Positions 51,601 through 64,000 of a stretch of 64,000 bases of DNA are shown here, piece after piece. Each line of letters begins with the position of its first letter. Positions within the stretch are counted from its first letter, which is position 1. The translations under genes and the position numbers were made by a program. The stretch is from assembly GCA_964057225.1 (NCBI GenBank), contig OZ059897.1, positions 17,856,001-17,920,000 on the forward strand, read 5' to 3'. The stretch is from Auanema rhodensis (taxonomy: Eukaryota; Animalia; Nematoda). Under the pieces are notes generated by a model. It worked only from the letters and a program-made list of their open reading frames with translations. It ran no database searches and was not told where the DNA came from.

Positions 51601-54600
51601 TGTGAACTTATATCAGTTGATATCTCGGTGCATTTTTAAGCTAGCGCAAATCTGATAACACAGATCGACGCAGCTTAAAAATCCGCATCGAATGCACTAT
51701 ACTACATCGAGAAACGCTTAATACAAAAATTAGTTATAATCGTTTGAAAAATGATGCATTAGTGTATGTTGAGTTTCCATGTACACTCAACATTGCTTCC
51801 AAAAACATTTTGACAAAAATTTTTTCGAAAAATTTCAAAATAATTTAGCAAAAAGTAGATGTTTTTAGATTCCATTTTTCAAGGCAAAGACGATGGACAA
51901 TGTTATTCAACAAAAAAATCAATTCTTCAGGGTGAAAATCGAGGATATAAGTGTGAACTTGTATCAGTTGATATCTCGGTGCATTTTTAAGCTAGCGCAA
52001 ATCTGATAACACAGATCGACGCAGCTTAAAAATCCGCATCGAATGCACTATACTACATTGAGAAACGCTTAATACAAAAATTAGTTATAATCGTTTGAAA
52101 AATGATGCATTAGTGTATGTTGAGTTTCCATGTACACTCAACATTGCTTCCAAAAACATTTTGACAAAAATTTTTTCGAAAAATTTCAAAATAATTTAGC
52201 AAAAAGTAGATGTTTTTAGATTCCATTTTTCAAGGCAAAGACGATGGACAATGTTATTCAACGAAAAAATTAATTCTTCAGGGTGAAAATCGAGGATATA
52301 AGTGTGAACTTATATCAGTTGATATCTCGGTGCATTTTTAAGCTAGCGCAAATCTGATAACACAGATCGACGCAGCTTAAAAATCCGCATCGAATGCACT
52401 ATACTACATCGAGAAACGCTTAATACAAAAATTAGTTATAATCGTTTGAAAAATGATGCATTAGTGTATGTTGAGTTTCCATGTACACTCAACATTGCTT
52501 CCAAAAACATTTTGACAAAAATTTTTTCGAAAAATTTCAAAATAATTTAGCAAAAAGTAGATGTTTTTAGATTCCATTTTTCAAGGCAAAGACGATGGAC
52601 AATGTTATTCAACAAAAAAATCAATTCTTCAGGGTGAAAATCGAGGATATAAGTGTGAACTTGTATCAGTTGATATCTCGGTGCATTTTTAAGCTAGCGC
52701 AAATCTGATAACACAGATCGACGCAGCTTAAAAATCCGCATCGAATGCACTATACTACATTGAGAAACGCTTAATACAAAAATTAGTTATGATCGTTTGA
52801 AAAATGATGCATTAGTGTATGTTGAGTTTCCATGTACACTCAACATTGCTTCCAAAAACATTTTGACAAAAATTTTTTCGAAAAATTTCAAAATAATTTA
52901 GCAAAAAGTAGATGTTTTTAGATTCCATTTTTCAAGGCAAAGACGATGGACAATGTTATTCAACGAAAAAAGTAATTCTTCAGGGTGAAAATCGAGGATA
53001 TAAGTGTGAACTTATGTCAGTTGATATCTCGGTGCATTGTTAAGCTAGCGCAAATCTGATAACACAGATCGACGCAGCTTAAAAATCCGCATCGAATGCA
53101 CTATACTACATTGAGAAACGCTTAATACAAAAATTAGTTATAATCGTTTGAAAAATGATGCATTAGTGTATGTTGAGTTTCCATGTACACTCAACATTGC
53201 TTCCAAAAACATTTTGACAAAAATTTTTTCGAAAAATTTCAAAATAATTTAGCAAAAAGTAGATGTTTTTAGATTTCATTTTTCAAGGCAAAGACGATGG
53301 ACAATGTTATTCAACGAAAAAATTAATTCTTCAGGGTGAAAATCGAGGATATAAGTGTGAACTTATATCAGTTGATATCTCGGTGCATTTTTAAGCTAGC
53401 GCAAATCTGATAACACAGATCGACGCAGCTTAAAAATCCGCATCGAATGCACTATACTACATCGAGAAACGCTTAATACAAAAATTAGTTATAATCGTTT
53501 GAAAAATGATGCATTAGTGTATGTTGAGTTTCCATGTACACTCAACATTGCTTCCAAAAACATTTTGACAAAAATTTTTTCGAAAAATTTCAAAATAATT
53601 TAGCAAAAAGTAGATGTTTTTAGATTCCATTTTTCAAGACAAAGACGATGGACAATGTTATTCAACAAAAAAATCAATTCTTCAGGGTGAAAATCGAGGA
53701 TATAAGTGTGAACTTGTATCAGTTGATATCTCGGTGCATTTTTAAGCTAGCGCAAATCTGATAACACAGATCGACGCAGCTTAAAAATCCGCATCGAATG
53801 CACTATACTACATTGAGAAACGCTTAATACAAAAATTAGTTATAATCGTTTGAAAAATGATGCATTAGTGTATGTTGAGTTTCCATGTACACTCAACATT
53901 GCTTCCAAAAACATTTTGACAAAAATTTTTTCGAAAAATTTCAAAATAATTTAGCAAAAAGTAGATGTTTTTAGATTCCATTTTTCAAGGCAAAGACGAT
54001 GGACAATGTTATTCAACGAAAAAAGTAATTCTTCAGGGTGAAAATCGAGGATATAAGTGTGAACTTATGTCAGTTGATATCTCGGTGCATTGTTAAGCTA
54101 GCGCAAATCTGATAACACAGATCGACGCAGCTTAAAAATCCGCATCGAATGCACTATACTACATTGAGAAACGCTTAATACAAAAATTAGTTATAATCGT
54201 TTGAAAAATGATGCATTAGTGTATGTTGAGTTTCCATGTACACTCAACATTGCTTCCAAAAACATTTTGACAAAAATTTTTTCGAAAAATTTCAAAATAA
54301 TTTAGCAAAAAGTAGATGTTTTTAGATTCCATTTTTCAAGGCAAAGACGATGGACAATGTTATTCAACGAAAAAATTAATTCTTCAGGGTGAAAATCGAG
54401 GATATAAGTGTGAACTTATATCAGTTGATATCTCGGTGCATTTTTAAGCTAGCGCAAATCTGATAACACAGATCGACGCAGCTTAAAAATCCGCATCGAA
54501 TGCACTATACTACATCGAGAAACGCTTAATACAAAAATTAGTTATAATCGTTTGAAAAATGATGCATTAGTGTATGTTGAGTTTCCATGTACACTCAACA

Positions 54601-57567
54601 TTGCTTCCAAAAACATTTTGACAAAAATTTTTTCGAAAAATTTCAAAATAATTTAGCAAAAAGTAGATGTTTTTAGATTCCATTTTTCAAGGCAAAGACG
54701 ATGGACAATGTTATTCAACAAAAAAATCAATTCTTCAGGGTGAAAATCGAGGATATAAGTGTGAACTTGTATCAGTTGATATCTCGGTGCATTTTTAAGC
54801 TAGCGCAAATCTGATAACACAGATCGACGCAGCTTAAAAATCCGCATCGAATGCACTATACTACATTGAGAAACGCTTAATACAAAAATTAGTTATAATC
54901 GTTTGAAAAATGATGCATTAGTGTATGTTGAGTTTCCATGTACACTCAACATTGCTTCCAAAAACATTTTGACAAAAATTTTTTCGAAAAATTTCAAAAT
55001 AATTTAGCAAAAAGTAGATGTTTTTAGATTCCATTTTTCAAGGCAAAGACGATGGACAATGTTATTCAACGAAAAAATTAATTCTTCAGGGTGAAAATCG
55101 AGGATATAAGTGTGAACTTATATCAGTTGATATCTCGGTGCATTTTTAAGCTAGCGCAAATCTGATAACACAGATCGACGCAGCTTAAAAATCCGCATCG
55201 AATGCACTATACTACATCGAGAAACGCTTAATACAAAAATTAGTTATAATCGTTTGAAAAATGATGCATTAGTGTATGTTGAGTTTCCATGTACACTCAA
55301 CATTGCTTCCAAAAACATTTTGACAAAAATTTTTTCGAAAAATTTCAAAATAATTTAGCAAAAAGTAGATGTTTTTAGATTCCATTTTTCAAGGCAAAGA
55401 CGATGGACAATGTTATTCAACAAAAAAATCAATTCTTCAGGGTGAAAATCGAGGATATAAGTGTGAACTTGTATCAGTTGATATCTCGGTGCATTTTTAA
55501 GCTAGCGCAAATCTGATAACACAGATCGACGCAGCTTAAAAATCCGCATCGAATGCACTATACTACATTGAGAAACGCTTAATACAAAAATTAGTTATGA
55601 TCGTTTGAAAAATGATGCATTAGTGTATGTTGAGTTTCCATGTACACTCAACATTGCTTCCAAAAACATTTTGACAAAAATTTTTTCGAAAAATTTCAAA
55701 ATAATTTAGCAAAAAGTAGATGTTTTTAGATTCCATTTTTCAAGGCAAAGACGATGGACAATGTTATTCAACGAAAAAAGTAATTCTTCAGGGTGAAAAT
55801 CGAGGATATAAGTGTGAACTTATGTCAGTTGATATCTCGGTGCATTGTTAAGCTAGCGCAAATCTGATAACACAGATCGACGCAGCTTAAAAATCCGCAT
55901 CGAATGCACTATACTACATTGAGAAACGCTTAATACAAAAATTAGTTATAATCGTTTGAAAAATGATGCATTAGTGTATGTTGAGTTTCCATGTACACTC
56001 AACATTGCTTCCAAAAACATTTTGACAAAAATTTTTTCGAAAAATTTCAAAATAATTTAGCAAAAAGTAGATGTTTTTAGATTCCATTTTTCAAGGCAAA
56101 GACGATGGACAATGTTATTCAACGAAAAAATTAATTCTTCAGGGTGAAAATCGAGGATATAAGTGTGAACTTGTATCAGTTGATATCTCGGTGCATTTTT
56201 AAGCTAGCGCAAATCTGATAACACAGATCGACGCAGCTTAAAAATCCGCATCGAATGCACTATACTACATTGAGAAACGCTTAATACAAAAATTAGTTAT
56301 AATCGTTTGAAAAATGATGCATTAGTGTATGTTGAGTTTCCATGTACACTCAACATTGCTTCCAAAAACATTTTGACAAAAATTTTTTCGAAAAATTTCA
56401 AAATAATTTAGCAAAAAGTAGATGTTTTTAGATTCCATTTTTCAAGGCAAAGACGATGGACAATGTTATTCAACGAAAAAATTAATTCTTCAGGGTGAAA
56501 ATCGAGGATATAAGTGTGAACTTATATCAGTTGATATCTCGGTGCATTTTTAAGCTAGCGCAAATCTGATAACACAGATCGACGCAGCTTAAAAATCCGC
56601 ATCGAATGCACTATACTACATCGAGAAACGCTTAATACAAAAATTAGTTATAATCGTTTGAAAAATGATGCATTAGTGTATGTTGAGTTTCCATGTACAC
56701 TCAACATTGCTTCCAAAAACATTTTGACAAAAATTTTTTCGAAAAATTTCAAAATAATTTAGCAAAAAGTAGATGTTTTTAGATTCCATTTTTCAAGACA
56801 AAGACGATGGACAATGTTATTCAACAAAAAAATCAATTCTTCAGGGTGAAAATCGAGGATATAAGTGTGAACTTGTATCAGTTGATATCTCGGTGCATTT
56901 TTAAGCTAGCGCAAATCTGATAACACAGATCGACGCAGCTTAAAAATCCGCATCGAATGCACTATACTACATTGAGAAACGCTTAATACAAAAATTAGTT
57001 ATAATCGTTTGAAAAATGATGCATTAGTGTATGTTGAGTTTCCATGTACACTCAACATTGCTTCCAAAAACATTTTGACAAAAATTTTTTCGAAAAATTT
57101 CAAAATAATTTAGCAAAAAGTAGATGTTTTTAGATTCCATTTTTCAAGGCAAAGACGATGGACAATGTTATTCAACGAAAAAAGTAATTCTTCAGGGTGA
57201 AAATCGAGGATATAAGTGTGAACTTATGTCAGTTGATATCTCGGTGCATTGTTAAGCTAGCGCAAATCTGATAACACAGATCGACGCAGCTTAAAAATCC
57301 GCATCGAATGCACTATACTACATTGAGAAACGCTTAATACAAAAATTAGTTATAATCGTTTGAAAAATGATGCATTAGTGTATGTTGAGTTTCCATGTAC
57401 ACTCAACATTGCTTCCAAAAACATTTTGACAAAAATTTTTTCGAAAAATTTCAAAATAATTTAGCAAAAAGTAGATGTTTTTAGATTCCATTTTTCAAGG
57501 CAAAGACGATGGACAATGTTATTCAACGAAAAAATTAATTCTTCAGGGTGAAAATCGAGGATATAAG
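51601..57567. repeat. Higher-order repeat domain 3: 8-mer (51601-54408) and 9-mer (54409-57567)
   Basis: Built from three monomer types (G312A+T320C; A10G; A12G+T35G) in the same order. The rare CAAGAC variant occurs once per copy (~53639 and ~56798). Confidence 0.8.
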
Positions 57568-59673
57568 TGTGAACTTGTATCAGTTGATATCTCGGTGCAT
57601 TTTTAAGCTAGCGCAAATCTGATAACACAGATCGACGCAGCTTAAAAATCCGCATCGAATGCACTATACTACATTGAGAAACGCTTAATACAAAAATTAG
57701 TTATAATCGTTTGAAAAATGATGCATTAGTGTATGTTGAGTTTCCATGTACACTCAACATTGCTTCCAAAAACATTTTGACAAAAATTTTTTCGAAAAAT
57801 TTCAAAATAATTTAGCAAAAAGTAGATGTTTTTAGATTCCATTTTTCAAGGCAAAGACGATGGACAATGTTATTCAACGAAAAAATTAATTCTTCAGGGT
57901 GAAAATCGAGGATATAAGTGTGAACTTATATCAGTTGATATCTCGGTGCATTTTTAAGCTAGCGCAAATCTGATAACACAGATCGACGCAGCTTAAAAAT
58001 CCGCATCGAATGCACTATACTACATCGAGAAACGCTTAATACAAAAATTAGTTATAATCGTTTGAAAAATGATGCATTAGTGTATGTTGAGTTTCCATGT
58101 ACACTCAACATTGCTTCCAAAAACATTTTGACAAAAATTTTTTCGAAAAATTTCAAAATAATTTAGCAAAAAGTAGATGTTTTTAGATTCCATTTTTCAA
58201 GGCAAAGACGATGGACAATGTTATTCAACGAAAAAATTAATTCTTCAGGGTGAAAATCGAGGATATAAGTGTGAACTTATATCAGTTGATATCTCGGTGC
58301 ATTTTTAAGCTAGCGCAAATCTGATAACACAGATCGACGCAGCTTAAAAATCCGCATCGAATGCACTATACTACATCGAGAAACGCTTAATACAAAAATT
58401 AGTTATAATCGTTTGAAAAATGATGCATTAGTGTATGTTGAGTTTCCATGTACACTCAACATTGCTTCCAAAAACATTTTGACAAAAATTTTTTCGAAAA
58501 ATTTCAAAATAGTTTAGCAAAAAGTAGATGTTTTTAGATTCCATTTTTCAAGGCAAAGACGATGGACAATGTTATTCAACGAAAAAATTAATTCTTCAGG
58601 GTGAAAATCGAGGATATAAGTGTGAACTTATATCAGTTGATATCTCGGTGCATTTTTAAGCTAGCGCAAATCTGATAACACAGATCGACGCAGCTTAAAA
58701 ATCCGCATCGAATGCACTATACTACATCGAGAAACGCTTAATACAAAAATTAGTTATAATCGTTTGAAAAATGATGCATTAGTGTATGTTGAGTTTCCAT
58801 GTACACTCAACATTGCTTCCAAAAACATTTTGACAAAAATTTTTTCGAAAAATTTCAAAATAATTTAGCAAAAAGTAGATGTTTTTAGATTCCATTTTTC
58901 AAGGCAAAGACGATGGACAATGTTATTCAACAAAAAAATCAATTCTTCAGGGTGAAAATCGAGGATATAAGTGTGAACTTGTATCAGTTGATATCTCGGT
59001 GCATTTTTAAGCTAGCGCAAATCTGATAACACAGATCGACGCAGCTTAAAAATCCGCATCGAATGCACTATATTACATTGAGAAACGCTTAATACAAAAA
59101 TTAGTTATAATCGTTTGAAAAATGATGCATTAGTGTATGTTGAGTTTCCATGTACACTCAACATTGCTTCCAAAAACATTTTGACAAAAATTTTTTCGAA
59201 AAATTTCAAAATAATTTAGCAAAAAGTAGATGTTTTTAGATTTCATTTTTCAAGGCAAAGACGATGGACAATGTTATTCAACGAAAAAATTAATTCTTCA
59301 GGGTGAAAATCGAGGATATAAGTGTGAACTTATATCAGTTGATATCTCGGTGCATTTTTAAGCTAGCGCAAATCTGATAACACAGATCGACGCAGCTTAA
59401 AAATCCGCATCGAATGCACTATACTACATCGAGAAACGCGTAATACAAAAATTAGTTATAATCGTTTGAAAAATGATGCATTAGTGTATGTTGAGTTTCC
59501 ATGTACACTCAACATTGCTTCCAAAAACATTTTGACAAAAATTTTTTCGAAAAATTTCAAAATAATTTAGCAAAAAGTAGATGTTTTTAGATTCCATTTT
59601 TCAAGGCAAAGACGATGGACAATGTTATTCAACGAAAAAATTAATTCTTCAGGGTGAAAATCGAGGATATAAG

Positions 59674-62600
59674 TGTGAACTTATATCAGTTGATATCTCG
59701 GTGCATTTTTAAGCTAGCGCAAATCTGATAACACAGATCGACGCAGCTTAAAAATCCGCATCGAATGCACTATACTACATCGAGAAACGCTTAATACAAA
59801 AATTAGTTATAATCGTTTGAAAAATGATGCATTAGTGTATGTTGAGTTTCCATGTACACTCAACATTGCTTCCAAAAACATTTTGACAAAAATTTTTTCG
59901 AAAAATTTCAAAATAATTTAGCAAAAAGTAGATGTTTTTAGATTCCATTTTTCAAGGCAAAGACGATGGACAATGTTATTCAACGAAAAAATTAATTCTT
60001 CAGGGTGAAAATCGAGGATATATGTGTGAACTTATATCAGTTGATATCTCGGTGCATTTTTAAGCTAGCGCAAATCTGATAACACAGATCGACGCAGCTT
60101 AAAAATCCGCATCGAATGCACTATACTACATTGAGAAACGCTTAATACAAAAATTAGTTATAATCGTTTGAAAAATGATGCATTAGTGTATGTTGAGTTT
60201 CCATGTACACTCAACATTGCTTCCAAAAACATTTTGACAAAAATTTTTTCGAAAAATTTCAAAATAGTTTAGCAAAAAGTAGATGTTTTTAGATTCCATT
60301 TTTAATGGCAAAGACGATGGACAATGTTATTCAACGAAAAAATTAATTCTTCAGGGTGAAAATCGAGGATATAAGTGTGAACTTATATCAGTTGATATCT
60401 CGGTGCATTTTTAAGCTAGCGCAAATCTGATAACAAAGATCGACGCAGCTTAAAAATCCGCATCGAATGCACTATACTACATTGAGAAACGCTTGATACA
60501 AAAATTAGTTATGATCGTTTGAAAAATGATGCATTAGTGTATGTTGAGTTTCCATGTACACTCAACATTGCTTCCAAAAACATTTTGACAAAAATTTTTT
60601 CGAAAAATTTCAAAATAATTTAGCAAAAAGTAGATGTTTTTAGATTCCATTTTTCAAGGCAAAGACGATGGACAATGTTATTCAACGAAAAAATTAATTC
60701 TTCAGGGTGAAAATTGAGGATATAAGTGTGAACTTATATCAGTTGATATCTCGGTGCATTTTTAAGCTAGCGCAAATCTGATAACACAGACCGACGCAGC
60801 TTAAAAATCCGCATCGAATGCACTATACTACATTGAGAAACACTTAATACAAAAATTAGTTATGATCGTTTGAAAAATGATGGATTAGTGTATGTTGAGT
60901 TTCCATGTACACTCAACATTGCTTCCAAAAACATTTTGACAAAAATTTTTTCGAAAAATTTCAAAATAATTTAGCAAAAAGTAGATGTTTTTAGATTTCA
61001 TTTTCCGAGGCGAAGACGATGGACAATGTTATTCAACGAAAAAATTAATTCTTCAGGGTGAAAATCGAGGATATAAGTGTGAACTTATATCAGTTGATAT
61101 CTCGGTGCATTTTTAAGCTAGCGCAAATCTGATAACACAGATCGACGCAGCTTAAAAATCCGCATCGAATGCACTATACTACATTGAGAAACGCTTAATA
61201 CAAAAATTAGTTATAGTCGTTTGAAAAATGATGCATTAGTGTATGTTGAGTTTCCATGTACACTCAACATTGCTTCCAAAAACATTTTGACAAAAATTTT
61301 TTCGAAAAATTTCAAAATAATTTAGCAAAAAGTAGATGTTTTTAGATTTCATTTTCCAAGGCAAAGACGATGGACAATGTTATTCAACGAAAAAATTAAT
61401 TCTTCAGGGTGAAAATCGAGGATATAAGTGTGAACTTATATCAGTTGATATCTCGGTGCATTTTTAAGCTAGCGCAAATCTGATAACACAGATCGACGCA
61501 GCTTAAAAATCCGCATCGAATGCACTATACTACATTGAGAAACGCTTAATACAAAAATTAGTTATAGTCGTTTGAAAAATGATGCATTAGTGTATGTTGA
61601 GTTTCCATGTACACTCAACATTGCTTCCAAAAACATTTTGACAAAAATTTTTTCGAAAAATTTCAAAATAATTTAGCAAAAAGTAGATGTTTTTAGATCC
61701 CATTTTTCAAGGCAAAGACGATGGACAATGTTATTCAACGAAAAAGTAATTCTTCAGGGTGAAAATCGAGGATATAAGTGTGAACTTATATCAGTTGATA
61801 TCTCGGTGCATTTTTAAGCTAGCGCAAATCTGATAACACAGATCGACGCAGCTTAAAAATCCGCATCGAATGCACTATACTACATTGAGAAACGCTTAAT
61901 ACAAAAATTAGTTATAATCGTTTGAAAAATGATGCATTAGTGTATGTTGAGTTTCCATGTACACTCAACATTGCTTCCAAAAACATTTTGACAAAAATTT
62001 TTTCGAAAAATTTCAAAATAGTTTAGCAAAAAGTAGATGTTTTTAGATTCCATTTTTCAAGGCAAAGACGATGGACAATGTTATTCAACGAAAAAATTAA
62101 TTCTTCAGGGTGAAAATCGAGGATATAAGTGTGAACTTATATCAGTTGATATCTCGGTGCATTTTTAAGCTAGCGCAAATCTGATAACACAGATCGACGC
62201 AGCTTAAAAATCCGCATCGAATGCACTATACTACATCGAGAAACGCTTAATACAAAAATTAGTTATAATCGTTTGAAAAATGATGCATTAGTGTATGTTG
62301 AGTTTCCATGTACACTCAACATTGCTTCCAAAAACATTTTGACAAAAATTTTTTCGAAAAATTTCAAAATAATTTAGCAAAAAGTAGATGTTTTTAGATT
62401 CCATTTTTCAAGGCAAAGACGATGGACAATGTTATTCAACGAAAAAATTAATTCTTCAGGGTGAAAATCGAGGATATATGTGTGAACTTATATCAGTTGA
62501 TATCTCGGTGCATTTTTAAGCTAGCGCAAATCTGATAACACAGATCGACGCAGCTTAAAAATCCGCATCGAATGCACTATACTACATTGAGAAACGCTTA

Positions 62601-63884
62601 ATACAAAAATTAGTTATAATCGTTTGAAAAATGATGCATTAGTGTATGTTGAGTTTCCATGTACACTCAACATTGCTTCCAAAAACATTTTGACAAAAAT
62701 TTTTTCGAAAAATTTCAAAATAGTTTAGCAAAAAGTAGATGTTTTTAGATTCCATTTTTAAAGGCAAAGACGATGGACAATGTTATTCAACGAAAAAATT
62801 AATTCTTCAGGGTGAAAATCGAGGATATAAGTGTGAACTTATATCAGTTGATATCTCGGTGCATTTTTAAGCTAGCGCAAATCTGATAACAAAGATCGAC
62901 GCAGCTTAAAAATCCGCATCGAATGCACTATACTACATTGAGAAACGCTTGATACAAAAATTAGTTATGATCGTTTGAAAAATGATGCATTAGTGTATGT
63001 TGAGTTTCCATGTACACTCAACATTGCTTCCAAAAACATTTTGACAAAAATTTTTTCGAAAAATTTCAAAATAATTTAGCAAAAAGTAGATGTTTTTAGA
63101 TTCCATTTTTCAAGGCAAAGACGATGGACAATGTTATTCAACGAAAAAATTAATTCTTCAGGGTGAAAATCGAGGATATAAGTGTGAACTTATATCAGTT
63201 GATATCTCGGTGCATTTTTAAGCTAGCGCAAATCTGATAACAAAGATCGACGCAGCTTAAAAATCCGCATCGAATGCACTATACTACATTGAGAAACGCT
63301 TGATACAAAAATTAGTTATGATCGTTTGAAAAATGATGCATTAGTGTATGTTGAGTTTCCATGTACACTCAACATTGCTTCCAAAAACATTTTGACAAAA
63401 ATTTTTTCGAAAAATTTCAAAATAATTTAGCAAAAAGTAGATGTTTTTAGATTCCATTTTTCAAGGCAAAGACGATGGACAATGTTATTCAACGAAAAAA
63501 TTAATTCTTCAGGGTGAAAATTGAGGATATAAGTGTGAACTTATATCAGTTGATATCTCGGTGCATTTTTAAGCTAGCGCAAATCTGATAACACAGACCG
63601 ACGCAGCTTAAAAATCCGCATCGAATGCACTATACTACATTGAGAAACACTTAATACAAAAATTAGTTATGATCGTTTGAAAAATGATGGATTAGTGTAT
63701 GTTGAGTTTCCATGTACACTCAACATTGCTTCCAAAAACATTTTGACAAAAATTTTTTCGAAAAATTTCAAAATAATTTAGCAAAAAGTAGATGTTTTTA
63801 GATTTCATTTTCCAAGGCGAAGACGATGGACAATGTTATTCAACGAAAAAATTAATTCTTCAGGGTGAAAATCGAGGATATAAG
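59674..63884. repeat. Diverged block duplicated at the right end (59674-61077 repeated as 62130-63884 with one internal monomer doubled)
   Basis: Shared private variants in the same order: GATATATGTG, ATAGTTT, AACAAAGAT+GCTTGATAC, AAATTGAGG, GACCGACG+AACACTTA+GATGGATTAG. Confidence 0.85.
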
Positions 63885-64000
63885 TGTGAACTTATATCAG
63901 TTGATATCTCGGTGCATTTTTAAGCTAGCGCAAATCTGATAACACAGATCGACGCAGCTTAAAAATCCGCATCGAATGCACTATACTACATTGAGAAACG

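Larger units (their letters stand above)
1..64000. repeat. Tandem satellite DNA array, 351-bp monomer, ~182.3 head-to-tail copies; array continues beyond both window ends
   Basis: TGTGAACTTATATCAG recurs at 1, 352, 703, 1054 ... 9481, 16501, 23521, 30541, 37561, 44581, 51601, 58621, 63885. The period is 351 bp except for three 352-bp monomers and one 350-bp monomer. No non-satellite sequence or inversion was seen. Confidence 0.99.

Noticed and set aside
1-64000. Repetitive protein-coding gene (351 is a multiple of 3)
   Set aside because: The frames I translated contain multiple stops per monomer, and the six-frame track shows no long ORF.
1-64000. CRISPR array
   Set aside because: No unique spacers; the entire 351-bp unit is repeated and no cas genes are present.

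Overview
The whole 64 kb window is one uninterrupted head-to-tail satellite DNA array: 182 complete copies of a 351-bp AT-rich monomer (about 31% GC by hand count) plus a 116-bp partial copy, all in the same orientation and typically differing by only a few substitutions. I find no credible gene, structural RNA gene, transposon insertion or CRISPR array. The single ORF supplied is a by-product of one point mutation in one monomer. I cannot name the satellite family or host. CpG is not depleted, which fits an invertebrate-like, largely unmethylated genome (inference). Two levels of structure are informative. (1) Diagnostic variants reveal nested higher-order repeats that turn over along the array: an 8-10-mer at 0.35-13 kb, a run of 5 identical monomers, a 12-mer nested in a 31/30-monomer tandem duplication at 14.4-35.8 kb, a mosaic zone, an 8/9-mer at 51.6-57.6 kb and a more diverged right end. 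(2) The monomer is rich in dyad symmetry, with four hairpins including a 9-bp stem capped by a GTGA (GNRA-type) tetraloop and a ~26-bp imperfect stem. Recurrent stem variants lean towards G-U-compatible changes on the + strand. Monomer numbering (M1 = position 1; pN = position within a monomer) is arbitrary, and all genotyping was done by eye.
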